DNA of 64,000 nucleotides from an uncultured delta proteobacterium (GCA_963816145.1 CAWFJP010000030.1:352001-416000), one strand, 5' to 3'; counted from the first letter of the stretch, positions 28,888 to 38,742 are shown. Numbers and translations are program-made. Notes: generated by a model not told the origin, from the letters alone.

Positions 28888-30429
28888 CTAGAAGGTGTAA
28901 CGCCAGTTCAAAGCCACCGTTACCCAGTCGCCGCCAACGCCACGCCGGCAATCGGTCGCGCCAGCGACTCCTACTTTGTCACAAATCCCAAGCGCATATC
29001 CAGCTTGGTTGGTGCGGTTGCCCAAGTTCGAGGCGTCATACCACAAGAAGTTCGCGCCTATGCTCATGCGCGGGGCGATGAAATACCATATATCCCACTC
29101 ACGGAGCAATATGCGGTTACGGTGGAATTGACCCAGCAGCGAGGTAGGGCCACCGCAAGCCAAAACACCGAAATCATTACAACTACTTGATATGTCGGTC
29201 CGCTCAAAGTGCGTGCCGACTAGGACTGAGCCAGTTTGGGTTGCCGACCCCGTCAGCCAGCCCTTTGGGCTCCACAAAAACAGGTCGTGACCGATCAACC
29301 AGTCATGAGCGCGTTTCTTACCAACCGAGCCGCCCTTGTCAGCGGCCTGCAAAAACTGAGTCATGGCACGCAGGGTGTAGGGCCCGACGTTCCACACCAA
29401 GCCTGGTCCAATCGCGATAGCGGTTCCTTTACCCACGCTGTCCGCCCCGGTGTCAAACAAGGACTGCCGGCCGCCGTCGCCATGATCCTGAATCCGGAAA
29501 CGTTCGAGGCAGACGGCGGAGCCCTCAGAGGCGCTGGGACTTCGGGTGTCGTTGTTACAGAACCAGGCGCCAGTCTCAAAGGTCAAGCCGCTGATCCATT
29601 TGTTCTTGACTTGCGAGAACGGCTGGATATTGCCGTACACGTTGAAGTTCTGACGGTCCGACATGGTCTGCGTGCCGTCGTCGCCTTCGGCGCTTGTCGA
29701 CATGCTGAATTGCAGCCTGCCGATGCGGCCGGGGATGCCAATGCCGCTTAGGCTTCTATCATCCCAGTTGAACGTCGCACCGCTGCCCGCGCGGCCGGTG
29801 TTGAAACCGTTGTTGCGGGTGAGCAAGTCATACTCCATCTGTGCGCCGGTGCTACCCGAGCCCTGACGAGACAAGCTGCTGCCTGAGGCATTTTGCACTT
29901 CCATGCCGAACTGCACGGTCGGCAACCATGGGCTGATGTCTTCGCCATGGAAGTAGACCGCGCCGCGCTGCAACATGGACCCTACGCCGGTCGCTTGGTT
30001 GTTCTTGCCGTTACCCGTGCCCCAGCCGTCGAGGTCGAGACTCGCTTCCATTTCCCACAAGCAGTTGTTGATGCAATAGAAGATACTCGGGCGGAAACGC
30101 CGGCCCATGAGCTGGCCGTTGGTCCGACCCTGCTGGTCGCGCCCGTTCTCAAAATTGTAGCGGAAGTGAGATTCCAAGGAGAACCGCAGCCCCCACGCCT
30201 TGTCCGCCGCCTCGATATTCACACCGTTGCCGGGACGATACGAAAACGAGGGCATCGCTGCTGCCGCCGCCGTCGCCTCCTTCTTCAGCTCGATCTGCTG
30301 TTCTTTTAGCTGCTGGAGTTCTTGCTCGAGCACACTGATCTTGTCACTGACGCTCTGGGCTTGAACCGTCCCCGCAGTTAAAAGGAAAGCAGCTAGCATG
30401 CTGGCTAACCACATTTTCTTTCTCATCAT
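28888..30429 (-). CDS. Outer-membrane beta-barrel porin (OprO/OprP-like architecture), Cys-rich loops
   Basis: Signal peptide, N-terminal coiled coil, amphipathic strands, C-terminal beta-signal WRYTF; eight Cys. Confidence 0.78.
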   Translation of the reverse strand: MMRKKMWLASMLAAFLLTAGTVQAQSVSDKISVLEQELQQLKEQQIELKKEATAAAAAMPSFSYRPGNGVNIEAADKAWGLRFSLESHFRYNFENGRDQQGRTNGQLMGRRFRPSIFYCINNCLWEMEASLDLDGWGTGNGKNNQATGVGSMLQRGAVYFHGEDISPWLPTVQFGMEVQNASGSSLSRQGSGSTGAQMEYDLLTRNNGFNTGRAGSGATFNWDDRSLSGIGIPGRIGRLQFSMSTSAEGDDGTQTMSDRQNFNVYGNIQPFSQVKNKWISGLTFETGAWFCNNDTRSPSASEGSAVCLERFRIQDHGDGGRQSLFDTGADSVGKGTAIAIGPGLVWNVGPYTLRAMTQFLQAADKGGSVGKKRAHDWLIGHDLFLWSPKGWLTGSATQTGSVLVGTHFERTDISSSCNDFGVLACGGPTSLLGQFHRNRILLREWDIWYFIAPRMSIGANFLWYDASNLGNRTNQAGYALGICDKVGVAGATDCRRGVGGDWVTVALNWRYTF

Positions 30430-30484
30430 TGCCTCCTTTTGCCTCCCTGAAAATTGACTACTTAATTAGTCCTACTTCCGCCGT

Positions 30485-30513
30485 TTTTTAGCCTATGCAC
30501 CTAATTCTGTCAA
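30485..30513 (-). promoter_or_regulatory. Putative sigma70 promoter of the porin gene
   Basis: TTGACA-17 nt-TAAAAA on the minus strand. Confidence 0.5.
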
Positions 30514-30604
30514 GCCAAAAGTAGTAAATTGGAAAAGTATACCGATTATTTATAGGCTTTTAGTACCGGATTTGGCACTTTTAACCTACTCATTGACCAT
30601 CTGT

Positions 30605-30620
30605 CAAGCCTTAAGTCGTA
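30605..30620. promoter_or_regulatory. Operator-like copy CAAGCC-TTAA-GTCGTA upstream of porin
   Basis: 13/16 match to TAAGACTTAAGTCTTA, followed by an overlapping TAAGAC half-site. Confidence 0.45.
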
Positions 30621-30757
30621 AGACTAAACGGGTTTTTCTACCGTCGCCATGAGCATTGTAAGTTTTGGAATTACCAAAAGAACTTCTGATCCCACGGCAT
30701 CACGCACCTAGGAATGGTTGTTAACCAGAAACGGCTTGGCTAAACTCGGTCACCGAG

Positions 30758-31519
30758 ATGTTGGCAAAAAGAATTATTCCCTGCCTCGATGTCAAAGCCG
30801 GAAGAGTCGTCAAAGGGGTAAAATTTCTCGAACTGCGCGATGCCGGCGACCCCGTGGAGGTCGCGCGCGTCTACGATCGCGAAGGTGCCGATGAGCTATG
30901 TTTTCTCGACATCACCGCATCCCACGAACAGCGAGGCATCATCCTCGATGTAGTTGCTCGCACCGCGGAGCAAGTCTTCATGCCCCTTACAGTCGGCGGC
31001 GGCATCAACCAAGTCGGTGATATTCGCGCTCTGCTCCAGGCTGGCGCCGATAAGACATCGATCAACACCGGGGCGGTCAAGCGACCGGAGTTCGTCCGCG
31101 AAGCCGCGCAGATGTTCGGCAGCCAGTGCATCGTCGTCGCCATCGACGCCAAGCGTGTCGGCGATCACTGGGAAGTGTTTACCCACGGTGGGCGGAATCC
31201 CACCGGAATCGATGCCTGCGAGTGGGCCGAGCGCATGGAGAAATATGGCGCTGGAGAGATCCTGCTCACCAGCATGGATCGCGATGGCACCAAGGCAGGC
31301 TATGATTTGGCACTGACCAGGGCGATCTCAGATCGTGTCGCGATTCCGGTCATCGCCTCCGGTGGCGTAGGCAATTTGGCGCATATCTACGATGGGCTCA
31401 CCGAAGGTAAAGCCAGCGCAGCTCTCGCGGCGTCGATCTTTCATTTCCGCGAGTACTCCATCGCCGACTGCAAGAAGTATTTGCAGAGCCGCGGCGTCTG
31501 TGTTCGGCCGGTGCGTTAG
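30758..31519 (+). CDS. hisF: Imidazole glycerol phosphate synthase subunit HisF
   Basis: [29 protein letters not shown]. Confidence 0.97.
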   Translation: MLAKRIIPCLDVKAGRVVKGVKFLELRDAGDPVEVARVYDREGADELCFLDITASHEQRGIILDVVARTAEQVFMPLTVGGGINQVGDIRALLQAGADKTSINTGAVKRPEFVREAAQMFGSQCIVVAIDAKRVGDHWEVFTHGGRNPTGIDACEWAERMEKYGAGEILLTSMDRDGTKAGYDLALTRAISDRVAIPVIASGGVGNLAHIYDGLTEGKASAALAASIFHFREYSIADCKKYLQSRGVCVRPVR

Positions 31520-31536
31520 CTTAGTCGAAGATTGAC

Positions 31537-31667
31537 TCGCGCAAAGGCGCCAAGGCCGCAAAGGTGACGGGGCGATACCGGCCATCCCAGCGAATGCGAG
31601 GGATTTAAGGAGACTTCTCCCTGCGGTCGAACTAATAACGAATCCGAACTTGGCGCCTTTGCGCGAG
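31537..31667. repeat. Composite palindromic REP/MITE-like element
   Basis: 18-bp inverted repeat tcgcgcaaaggcgccaag/cttggcgcctttgcgcga enclosing a degenerate TGTCAT-family REP; 31611-31637 matches the reverse complement of 46020-46046. Confidence 0.7.
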
Positions 31668-31695
31668 ATATTCCGGGTTCCCGCACAGTCAGTCT

Positions 31696-32889
31696 TTAAA
31701 ACACCGCACGTTTGCGCGGTGGATCGTAGAACGGCAGCTTGACAACGGTCGCGCTGGCGCTTTTTTGGCGGTGATCGACGGTGACTTCGACATTGACCTG
31801 TGTACCAACTGACATGCAGGCTTTTTCGAGGGTCGCTAGAGCGAAATATTTTTTTAGCGCTGGGGACCAGGCGCCGGTAGTCGCGTAGCCGACCTGCCGA
31901 TCGTCTTTGCGTAACGGCACACTGCCGCGCCAGGCGGCCAACGGGTATTGCGGCGCCAGACCCTCCTGTTGGTAGAGATACTCGTAATCTAACAAGTTGA
32001 TCTCCAAGCCGACGATCTGTCGCGCCGGGCTTTGCGGATTACACTGTCGTAACGCCACAGCTCCGACGAAATGATCCTTGCGCAAATCCACCGTCCAGCC
32101 CAGACCGATCTCGAATGGCGAATAGCGCTGGGAATCGATCACCGCTTTTTCGGCGCCGATATAGTCGACTTCGAGAAGAATAAATCCCGCCTCCAGCCGT
32201 GCAACATCAAGCGCCAGTATGCCGGTGGGTTTGATGCCGAAATCGCTGCCCTGCTCGATCAAGTGATCCCAAATCTTGAGCGCATGCTCGGCGCCGAACC
32301 ACAGCTCGTAACCCAGATCGCCGGTGTAACCGGTGCGCGAAATGACCACGGGAACGCCGAGAATCTTGCTGGAGGTAAGACGAAAAAACTTGAGCTGACT
32401 CAGGTCCACGTCGACAACGCGCTGGAGAACTTTCAGAGCATGGGGGCCTTGCAGCGCCAGGGCGGCAACTTGCTCCGAAACTTCTTGAATCGAAACTTCC
32501 ATGCCGCGCGCATTGAGGCTCAACCAGCGCAAGCTTGGATCGGCAAGGTGGAAACGAAAATAGTCCTCGCCGAGGCGAAACACCGTGCCGTCTTGGATCA
32601 CCGCGCCATCGTCTTCGCAGAGACAACTATACAGCGCCTGGCCGACGGCGCATTTCGCCGCATCGCGGGTGATCACGCGGTTGACGAGTCTGAGCGCGTC
32701 CCGGCCGCGAACGTCGTACTTGTACAGCGGCGAGACATCGATCAGCGCCGCCGTGTTGCGGATCGCGTGATACTCGTAGTCGTGCATCACGTCGTAAGAA
32801 CTGGCAACGAAGTAGCCGGACCAGGTGCGCCAGTTGTGGCTCGCGCATAACGCCGCGGTGCGCGGGTGAAAGGGAGTTCCGATGGGCAT
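31696..32889 (-). CDS. Aminomethyltransferase family protein (GcvT-like)
   Basis: DVSPLYKY, SRTGYTGDLGYE, RLEAG, C-terminal PFYDP. Confidence 0.9.
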   Translation of the reverse strand: MPIGTPFHPRTAALCASHNWRTWSGYFVASSYDVMHDYEYHAIRNTAALIDVSPLYKYDVRGRDALRLVNRVITRDAAKCAVGQALYSCLCEDDGAVIQDGTVFRLGEDYFRFHLADPSLRWLSLNARGMEVSIQEVSEQVAALALQGPHALKVLQRVVDVDLSQLKFFRLTSSKILGVPVVISRTGYTGDLGYELWFGAEHALKIWDHLIEQGSDFGIKPTGILALDVARLEAGFILLEVDYIGAEKAVIDSQRYSPFEIGLGWTVDLRKDHFVGAVALRQCNPQSPARQIVGLEINLLDYEYLYQQEGLAPQYPLAAWRGSVPLRKDDRQVGYATTGAWSPALKKYFALATLEKACMSVGTQVNVEVTVDHRQKSASATVVKLPFYDPPRKRAVF

Positions 32890-32894
32890 CTTCT

Positions 32895-32937
32895 ATTTTG
32901 GATTTTCGTCTGCGGGGCTTCTTTTGGATTTTAGATT
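32895..32937. repeat. Heptameric ATTTTGG/CCAAAAT tandem repeats
   Basis: attttggatttt...ttttggattttagatt; same unit at 43729-43847 and 59841-59910. Confidence 0.55.
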
Positions 32938-33006
32938 CAAATGCAGCGGCTCGCGTTGACTTATAGGGCGAAATTACCAAATATGCCTTATTAAGCAAAC
33001 CGCATC

Positions 33007-34587
33007 ATGGTTTCATACGACGCAATCATCATCGGCGGCGGTCACAACGGCCTAACCAGCGCTGCATACCTTGCCCAAGCCGGCAAAAAAGTCCTCGTCT
33101 TAGAGCGGCGCCATGTGCTCGGCGGCGCGGCGGTGACCGAGGAGATCTATCCCGGTTTTAAATATTCAGTATGCTCCTATGTCGTGAGCCTGCTCAGGCC
33201 GGAAGTGATCCGTGATCTTGAGCTGCCGAAGTACGATCTCGAAATAATCCCGCTCGACAGCACCTTTACGCCGATGCCCAACGGCGACCATCTGTTCCGC
33301 TGCGGCGATCACGCCCAGACGCGCCGGGAGATCGCGCGCCATTCGGTGACCGATGCCGAGGCCTACGAGCAGTATGGCCAGCTGATGGCGCAGATGGCTT
33401 TGGCGGTCAAGCCCATACTCGGCATGATCCCGCCTGAGCCGACGACGTGGAATCCGAAGGATCTATTCGGTTTGGCGAAGGTGGCCAGTCATTTTCGCGA
33501 TCTCGGCGACAAACTAGTCTACGAGCTTACCAAACTCATGACCATGAGTTCGGCGGATTTTCTCGACGAGTGGTTCGAGACCGACGTGCTCAAAGCGACC
33601 ATGTCGGCCAGCGGCATCATCGGCACCTTTATGGGGCCGCGCTCGCCGGGAACGGCTTACGTGCTGCTGCATCACTACATGGGCGAGCTTGACGGCGCCT
33701 TCCGCTCATGGGGATTTGCCCGCGGCGGCACCGGCGCTATTAGCAACGCCATCGCCGACGCGGCGCGCCATTTTGGCGCCGAGATCAGAACCCAAGTCAC
33801 GGTCGACCAAGTAACGGTCAAGAATGGCCGTGCCACTGGCGTCGTTCTAACAAACGGCGAAGAGATCCAGTCCAAAATTGTCGTCTCCAGCGTCGATCCC
33901 AAACGGACTTTTTTAAAAATGATCGACAGCCAGCATTTGGGCGCGCCGTTCTTGAAGCAAGTGAGCGATTTCAAAATCCGTGGCTCGTCGGCGAAGGTCA
34001 ATCTTTCCCTCGATACCCTGCCGAACTTCACCAGCATGCCCGGCAACGGCCCCCATCTCAACGGCGCGATCTCGATCAGCCCTAGCTTGGACTACATCGA
34101 GCACGCCTACGACGATGCCAAGTATGGTGATTTTTCGCGCCGCCCCTACATGGACATCATCCTGCCGTCGATGCTCGACCCGTCCATGGCGCCGCCGGGG
34201 AAACATGTCATGTCGATCTTCGTCCAGTACGCGCCCTATCATCTGGCGAGCGGCACCTGGCCGGAGAAACGCGAAGCTTTAGGCGATGCGGTCATCGACA
34301 CCCTGAGCGAGTACGCGCCCAACATGAAGAATATTATTCTGCATCGTCAAGTCGTCACTCCTTGGGATTTGGAACAGGAGTTCGGCCTTACGGAGGGCAA
34401 TATTTTTCAAGGCGAACTGACGCTGGATCAGCTTTTCTTTCTAAGACCGGTGCCCGGCTGGGCGAAATACCGCACGCCGGTCAAAAATCTTTACATGTGC
34501 GGCGCCTGCACCCATCCAGGCGGCGGCGTCATGGCAGCGTCAGGGAGACTGGCGGCGTTGGAGATCTTGAAAAGCTCGCGACTGTAG
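33007..34587 (+). CDS. FAD-dependent oxidoreductase, phytoene dehydrogenase-like (PYROXD2-like), copy 1
   Basis: GGGHNGL Rossmann motif, C-terminal THPGGGV. Confidence 0.9.
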   Translation: MVSYDAIIIGGGHNGLTSAAYLAQAGKKVLVLERRHVLGGAAVTEEIYPGFKYSVCSYVVSLLRPEVIRDLELPKYDLEIIPLDSTFTPMPNGDHLFRCGDHAQTRREIARHSVTDAEAYEQYGQLMAQMALAVKPILGMIPPEPTTWNPKDLFGLAKVASHFRDLGDKLVYELTKLMTMSSADFLDEWFETDVLKATMSASGIIGTFMGPRSPGTAYVLLHHYMGELDGAFRSWGFARGGTGAISNAIADAARHFGAEIRTQVTVDQVTVKNGRATGVVLTNGEEIQSKIVVSSVDPKRTFLKMIDSQHLGAPFLKQVSDFKIRGSSAKVNLSLDTLPNFTSMPGNGPHLNGAISISPSLDYIEHAYDDAKYGDFSRRPYMDIILPSMLDPSMAPPGKHVMSIFVQYAPYHLASGTWPEKREALGDAVIDTLSEYAPNMKNIILHRQVVTPWDLEQEFGLTEGNIFQGELTLDQLFFLRPVPGWAKYRTPVKNLYMCGACTHPGGGVMAASGRLAALEILKSSRL

Positions 34588-34622
34588 CATTAACCGAACC
34601 GGTTTTACTCAGCGGCAAAGCG

Positions 34623-35036
34623 ATGGCCGAAACTCCGATCACGGTTTTTTACGACGGCCATTGCGGACTCTGTCACGGCTTGGTGCGCTTTCTGATAGCT
34701 AGAGATCATACCGGTGACAAGTTCGCCTTTGCGCCGCTCCAGGGCGAGTATTGCGCCGCGGTAATTCCTCAAGCGGAACGCCAACGCTTGCCTGATAGTG
34801 TGGTGGTTCGAAGCGATGATGGACAACTGCTGGTGAAGACAGCAGCCGTACTATACGTTATCAAACGAATCGGCGGAGCCTGGCACGCTATTGGAATGGC
34901 CTTGAGCCTTTTGCCGACTTCAATACTCGACTTCGGCTATGACAGCGTCGCGCGAATGCGCCGCCGGCTTTTTAGCACGCCTGCAAACACTTGTCCGTTG
35001 GTTCCGGCAAATGTGCAGGGCCGTTTTCGACCCTAG
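34623..35036 (+). CDS. DCC family thiol-disulfide oxidoreductase
   Basis: FYDGHCGLC motif, FAPLQ. Confidence 0.85.
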   Translation: MAETPITVFYDGHCGLCHGLVRFLIARDHTGDKFAFAPLQGEYCAAVIPQAERQRLPDSVVVRSDDGQLLVKTAAVLYVIKRIGGAWHAIGMALSLLPTSILDFGYDSVARMRRRLFSTPANTCPLVPANVQGRFRP

Positions 35037-35101
35037 CCCGGCTGCCTCGATCGGATTTTGAATCTTCGACCTGGTGAAAGAACGGTTTGAATGACAAAAT
35101 C

Positions 35102-36691
35102 ATGAGCAACTACGACGCCATCGTCATCGGCGCCGGTCACAATGGCCTGGTCACCGCCGCCTATCTCGCCAAAGCCGGCAAAAAAGTATTGATTCTCGAA
35201 CGGCGCGCCGTCGTTGGCGGCATCGCCGTTACTGAAGAAATCTTTCCGGGATTCAAATTCTCCACATGCGCGCACCTCGCCGCCAGCTTTGCCGGTGAAA
35301 TCAGCGCCGATCTTGATCTTAAGAAGCACGGCCTGGAATTCTTGCCGCTCGATCCGCTGCTGTTTGCGCCGAACTTGAACGGCGCGCCGCTGGTGATTCC
35401 GCGCGATCCAGTTGAAGCCGCCAAAGCGATTGGCCACCACTCAAAAAACGACGCGAGCAAGTACCCAGCGTTCTGCGCCAGACTTAAAACTATCGCCGGC
35501 TTCCTGCGCACCATTTACGGCCTGACTTTGCCTGACAAAGCGAACCCTGGTGAATTCAACCCGATGGAGCTGATAAAGGTTGGTCTAAAATTTCATGGTC
35601 TCGGCGACAAAGAAGGGTACGAGTTCCTGCGTACCTTGCCCATAAGCATAGCCGATCTGCTGCACGAATGGTTTGAAAACGATCTACTTAACGCCAGCCT
35701 GGCGGCAAGCTCCATGCTTGGCTCCTTTGTCGGGCCACACCAGCAAGGCACGGCGTTTAACTTGCTGCATCACCAGATCGGCGAGTCCAACGGCGTCCTG
35801 CGCACCGCCGGCTACGTGCGCGGCGGCATCGGCAATCTCACTGCCGCCCTCGCCCGCACCGCCCAGCAACATGGCGCCGAGATCCGCACTGGCGCCGAAG
35901 TAGTGAAAGTGCTCACCAAGCAGAGCGCCGCCACCGCCGTGGCACTAACCACTGGCGAAGAAATCACTGCGACATGCGTAATCTCCAGCGCCGATGTAAA
36001 GCGAACTTTTCTCCAGCTCGTTGAGCCCACCTACCTCGACCCGCATTTTCTCCTGCAAGTGCAAAACATCCGCAGCCGCGGCACGGTGGCGAAGATCAAC
36101 TTGGCATTGGACGGCTTGCCAAAATTCAACCAGCAGGAATCCCAGGCTCCGCTCGGTGGCATCACCCACATCGGCCCGACGTTGGATTATCTGGAACGCG
36201 CCGCCGATGACGCCAAGTATGGCCGTTACTCCAAGCAGCCGTTCTTGGAAATCACCCTGCCGTCGCTCACCGATCCGTCGCTGGCGCCCGCTGGCAAGCA
36301 TGTCATGTCGGTATGGATGCAGTCGGCGCCTTATAACCTGCGCGACGCGAATTGGCATGACCAGCGCGAGGCCTTAGGCGACACCGTCGTCAAGCTTATC
36401 GACGAGTACGCGCCCGGATTTAAAAATTCGATCTTACATCGACAGGTTTTAACGCCCTTAGATTTGGAGCAGACCTACGGCCTCACCGGCGGCCACCCCT
36501 ATCACGCCGAGATGGCATTAGACCAAATCTTCTTCATGCGACCGGTCCCCGGCTGGGCCCGCTATCGCACGCCCATCGACCATCTTTACCTCTGCGGCTC
36601 CGGCACTCATCCCGGCGGCGGCATTACCGGCCTGCCGGGATACTATGCCGCCAAAGAAGTGTTGAAAGATTTGAAACAGAAGAAATCCTAA
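35102..36691 (+). CDS. FAD-dependent oxidoreductase, phytoene dehydrogenase-like, copy 2
   Basis: GAGHNGL, THPGGGI; paralogue of 33007..34587. Confidence 0.9.
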   Translation: MSNYDAIVIGAGHNGLVTAAYLAKAGKKVLILERRAVVGGIAVTEEIFPGFKFSTCAHLAASFAGEISADLDLKKHGLEFLPLDPLLFAPNLNGAPLVIPRDPVEAAKAIGHHSKNDASKYPAFCARLKTIAGFLRTIYGLTLPDKANPGEFNPMELIKVGLKFHGLGDKEGYEFLRTLPISIADLLHEWFENDLLNASLAASSMLGSFVGPHQQGTAFNLLHHQIGESNGVLRTAGYVRGGIGNLTAALARTAQQHGAEIRTGAEVVKVLTKQSAATAVALTTGEEITATCVISSADVKRTFLQLVEPTYLDPHFLLQVQNIRSRGTVAKINLALDGLPKFNQQESQAPLGGITHIGPTLDYLERAADDAKYGRYSKQPFLEITLPSLTDPSLAPAGKHVMSVWMQSAPYNLRDANWHDQREALGDTVVKLIDEYAPGFKNSILHRQVLTPLDLEQTYGLTGGHPYHAEMALDQIFFMRPVPGWARYRTPIDHLYLCGSGTHPGGGITGLPGYYAAKEVLKDLKQKKS

Positions 36692-36769
36692 ACCGGTCTC
36701 GTAGGAAATTCCCTGCGTCCGTGATAGACGAAAGACTACTTGTTCGGTTCATTTGTAAGGGCTCATTCG

Positions 36770-37753
36770 ATGAAACTTTATCTCGGTCTATTGGAAAGTT
36801 CGCTGCCGGATCAAAGCAGAATCTTTGGCGAACTCGACGCCCAACTCGTCGACTTGCAGATTGCCTGCGCCGCGTATTTGACTCAGGCCGAAGGCAATCA
36901 GGCTAACGCTTACGAACTCGCCAGCTATTATTTTCCCAATACCATCGCCGGTTTTCTCGAATGGGGCGAACCGGCGCAGAAACTGCTCGATCAAGTCATA
37001 TCCTTCGTCAGCAAATCCGGTGTACGCGAGTTGCGCGGCCCCCGTGGCGAAAAGCTCGCTTACGCTAGCACCGACGTAAGGGTCCTGCCGCCGTTACAGA
37101 ATCCCGAGAAAAGCCTGGTCATCGGCTTCTCCGACCGCGCACGCACCGAAGTACTTCCACCAGCGGAAATCCCCACCGGCTATTACAAACTGCCGCAGAC
37201 TTTTGTCACCACCGGTGCGCCGGTCATTTGGCCGAAGTTTTCCGAAGAGCTCGACGCCGATGGTTGCATCGCCATTGTCATGGGCAAGGCGGGCAAACGC
37301 ATCCCACCGGAAAGAGCCTGGGAACATGTCGCCGGCGCGATGTTGATCGTCGATATCACCGCCCGCGATATCAACAAGCGCGAAGGACTCACGACCAACA
37401 ACCTGCTCGGCAAGAACTTCCCGTCGAGCACTTGCGTCGCCCCGGCCATGTTGGTCGGCAAGGACAAGCAAGACCTAATGGCTTTGGAAGTGGAGCTCTC
37501 GCTCGACGGCAGCGTCAAACAGAAATTCGCGTTGCGCGATTGCGTGTTCACTGTCGAGCAGATCATCGCCCGCTGGTCGATCCTCGGGATAAAGCCGGGC
37601 GATTGGCTCGCCATCGGCGCAAGCATGGCGCTGCAAGGCGACCGCTTGCAGAATCCCGTGCCGCTGAAAATCGGTTCAACGATCCGCTGCGTGTCGCCAG
37701 CTATCGGCGAGCTATCGCACCAGGTTGTTGCCGCGGGAGGCATATGCCGATGA
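36770..37753 (+). CDS. Fumarylacetoacetate hydrolase family protein, degenerate active site
   Basis: FAH fold motifs recognisable (DITARD, GKNF) but DYEVEL replaced by DADGCI and TGTP by IGAS. Confidence 0.75.
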   Translation: MKLYLGLLESSLPDQSRIFGELDAQLVDLQIACAAYLTQAEGNQANAYELASYYFPNTIAGFLEWGEPAQKLLDQVISFVSKSGVRELRGPRGEKLAYASTDVRVLPPLQNPEKSLVIGFSDRARTEVLPPAEIPTGYYKLPQTFVTTGAPVIWPKFSEELDADGCIAIVMGKAGKRIPPERAWEHVAGAMLIVDITARDINKREGLTTNNLLGKNFPSSTCVAPAMLVGKDKQDLMALEVELSLDGSVKQKFALRDCVFTVEQIIARWSILGIKPGDWLAIGASMALQGDRLQNPVPLKIGSTIRCVSPAIGELSHQVVAAGGICR

Positions 37754-38697
37754 AGCTGGTTACTTTTTTCTACGACGAGCAAGAAAGAATCGGCGCTATT
37801 GATCACTCCGGCAATGTCGTCGACCTAATTAATGCTTACGGGTCCTATCTGAGCAAGGTTGAGAAAGCCGCCGCCGCAGTGCGCTTGGCCGCCGCCACCC
37901 TCGGCAGGGACATGGTCGAATTCTTGAAGCATGGCGACAAAGCAATGGACGCCGCCCGCATAGCCATCAAGCACGCAGCCACCGACAGCGCCGGTGACAA
38001 TGTCGTTGAGCGCCAGCGCGTGCGCCTAATGGCGCCGGTGCCCCGTCCCGGCGCGCTCATCTCCGCCGGCAAAAACTTTTCCGATCATGTCGCCGAAATG
38101 TCGTCGAAAAAAGGTCCGGTGGCGCCGGTGGCGTTTCTAAAACTGCCGGGCTCGGTTATCGGCCCCGAGGACGACATACCGCATCCGCCGGAAGTGAAGA
38201 ATCTAGACTACGAGGTCGAACTCGCAGTGATTATCGGCAAGCCCTGCGTCGATGTCGGTGAGAACGAGGCTTTGAACTATGTCGCCGGCTACGCTTCATT
38301 TAACGACATCAGCGCACGTGACATTATCCGCGGTGAAAACAAGAGCGGCATCCATCTCATGGGCAAAAGCTTTCCCGGCTTCGCGCCCATGGGACCCTAT
38401 TTGGTCACCGCCGACGAAATCCCCGATCCGCAAAATTTAAAACTCTGGCTGCGCGTCAACGGCGAGACGCGCCAAGACTCGAACCTGGGCTACATGATTT
38501 TCAAAATCCGCGACATGATCGCCTACTGGTCGCAAATGGGTATCAACCCCGGCGACGTGCTTACCACGGGCACCCCGCGCGGGGTTGCCGCCGGCAGAAA
38601 ATCGGATCAAGTGCCTTGGTGGCTCAAACCCGGCGACCTTGTTGAGGCCGAAGTCGAAGGACTCGGTTGTTTGCGTAACCGCATCGTCGCGGAATAG
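37750..38697 (+). CDS. Fumarylacetoacetate hydrolase family protein
   Basis: DYEVELAV, NDISARD, GKSF, TGTP; ATGA overlap with upstream gene. Confidence 0.92.
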   Translation: MKLVTFFYDEQERIGAIDHSGNVVDLINAYGSYLSKVEKAAAAVRLAAATLGRDMVEFLKHGDKAMDAARIAIKHAATDSAGDNVVERQRVRLMAPVPRPGALISAGKNFSDHVAEMSSKKGPVAPVAFLKLPGSVIGPEDDIPHPPEVKNLDYEVELAVIIGKPCVDVGENEALNYVAGYASFNDISARDIIRGENKSGIHLMGKSFPGFAPMGPYLVTADEIPDPQNLKLWLRVNGETRQDSNLGYMIFKIRDMIAYWSQMGINPGDVLTTGTPRGVAAGRKSDQVPWWLKPGDLVEAEVEGLGCLRNRIVAE

Positions 38698-38742
38698 GGG
38701 GACTTTGCAGCGACTACGTATGAAGCATCGAGGTATATTTCG

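Noticed and set aside
30758-31519. hisF isolated from other his genes
   Set aside because: Split his operons are common; nothing unusual in the sequence.
33007-36691. Carotenoid biosynthesis cluster
   Set aside because: No crtB/crtE/crtY nearby; context points to amine or C1 catabolism.
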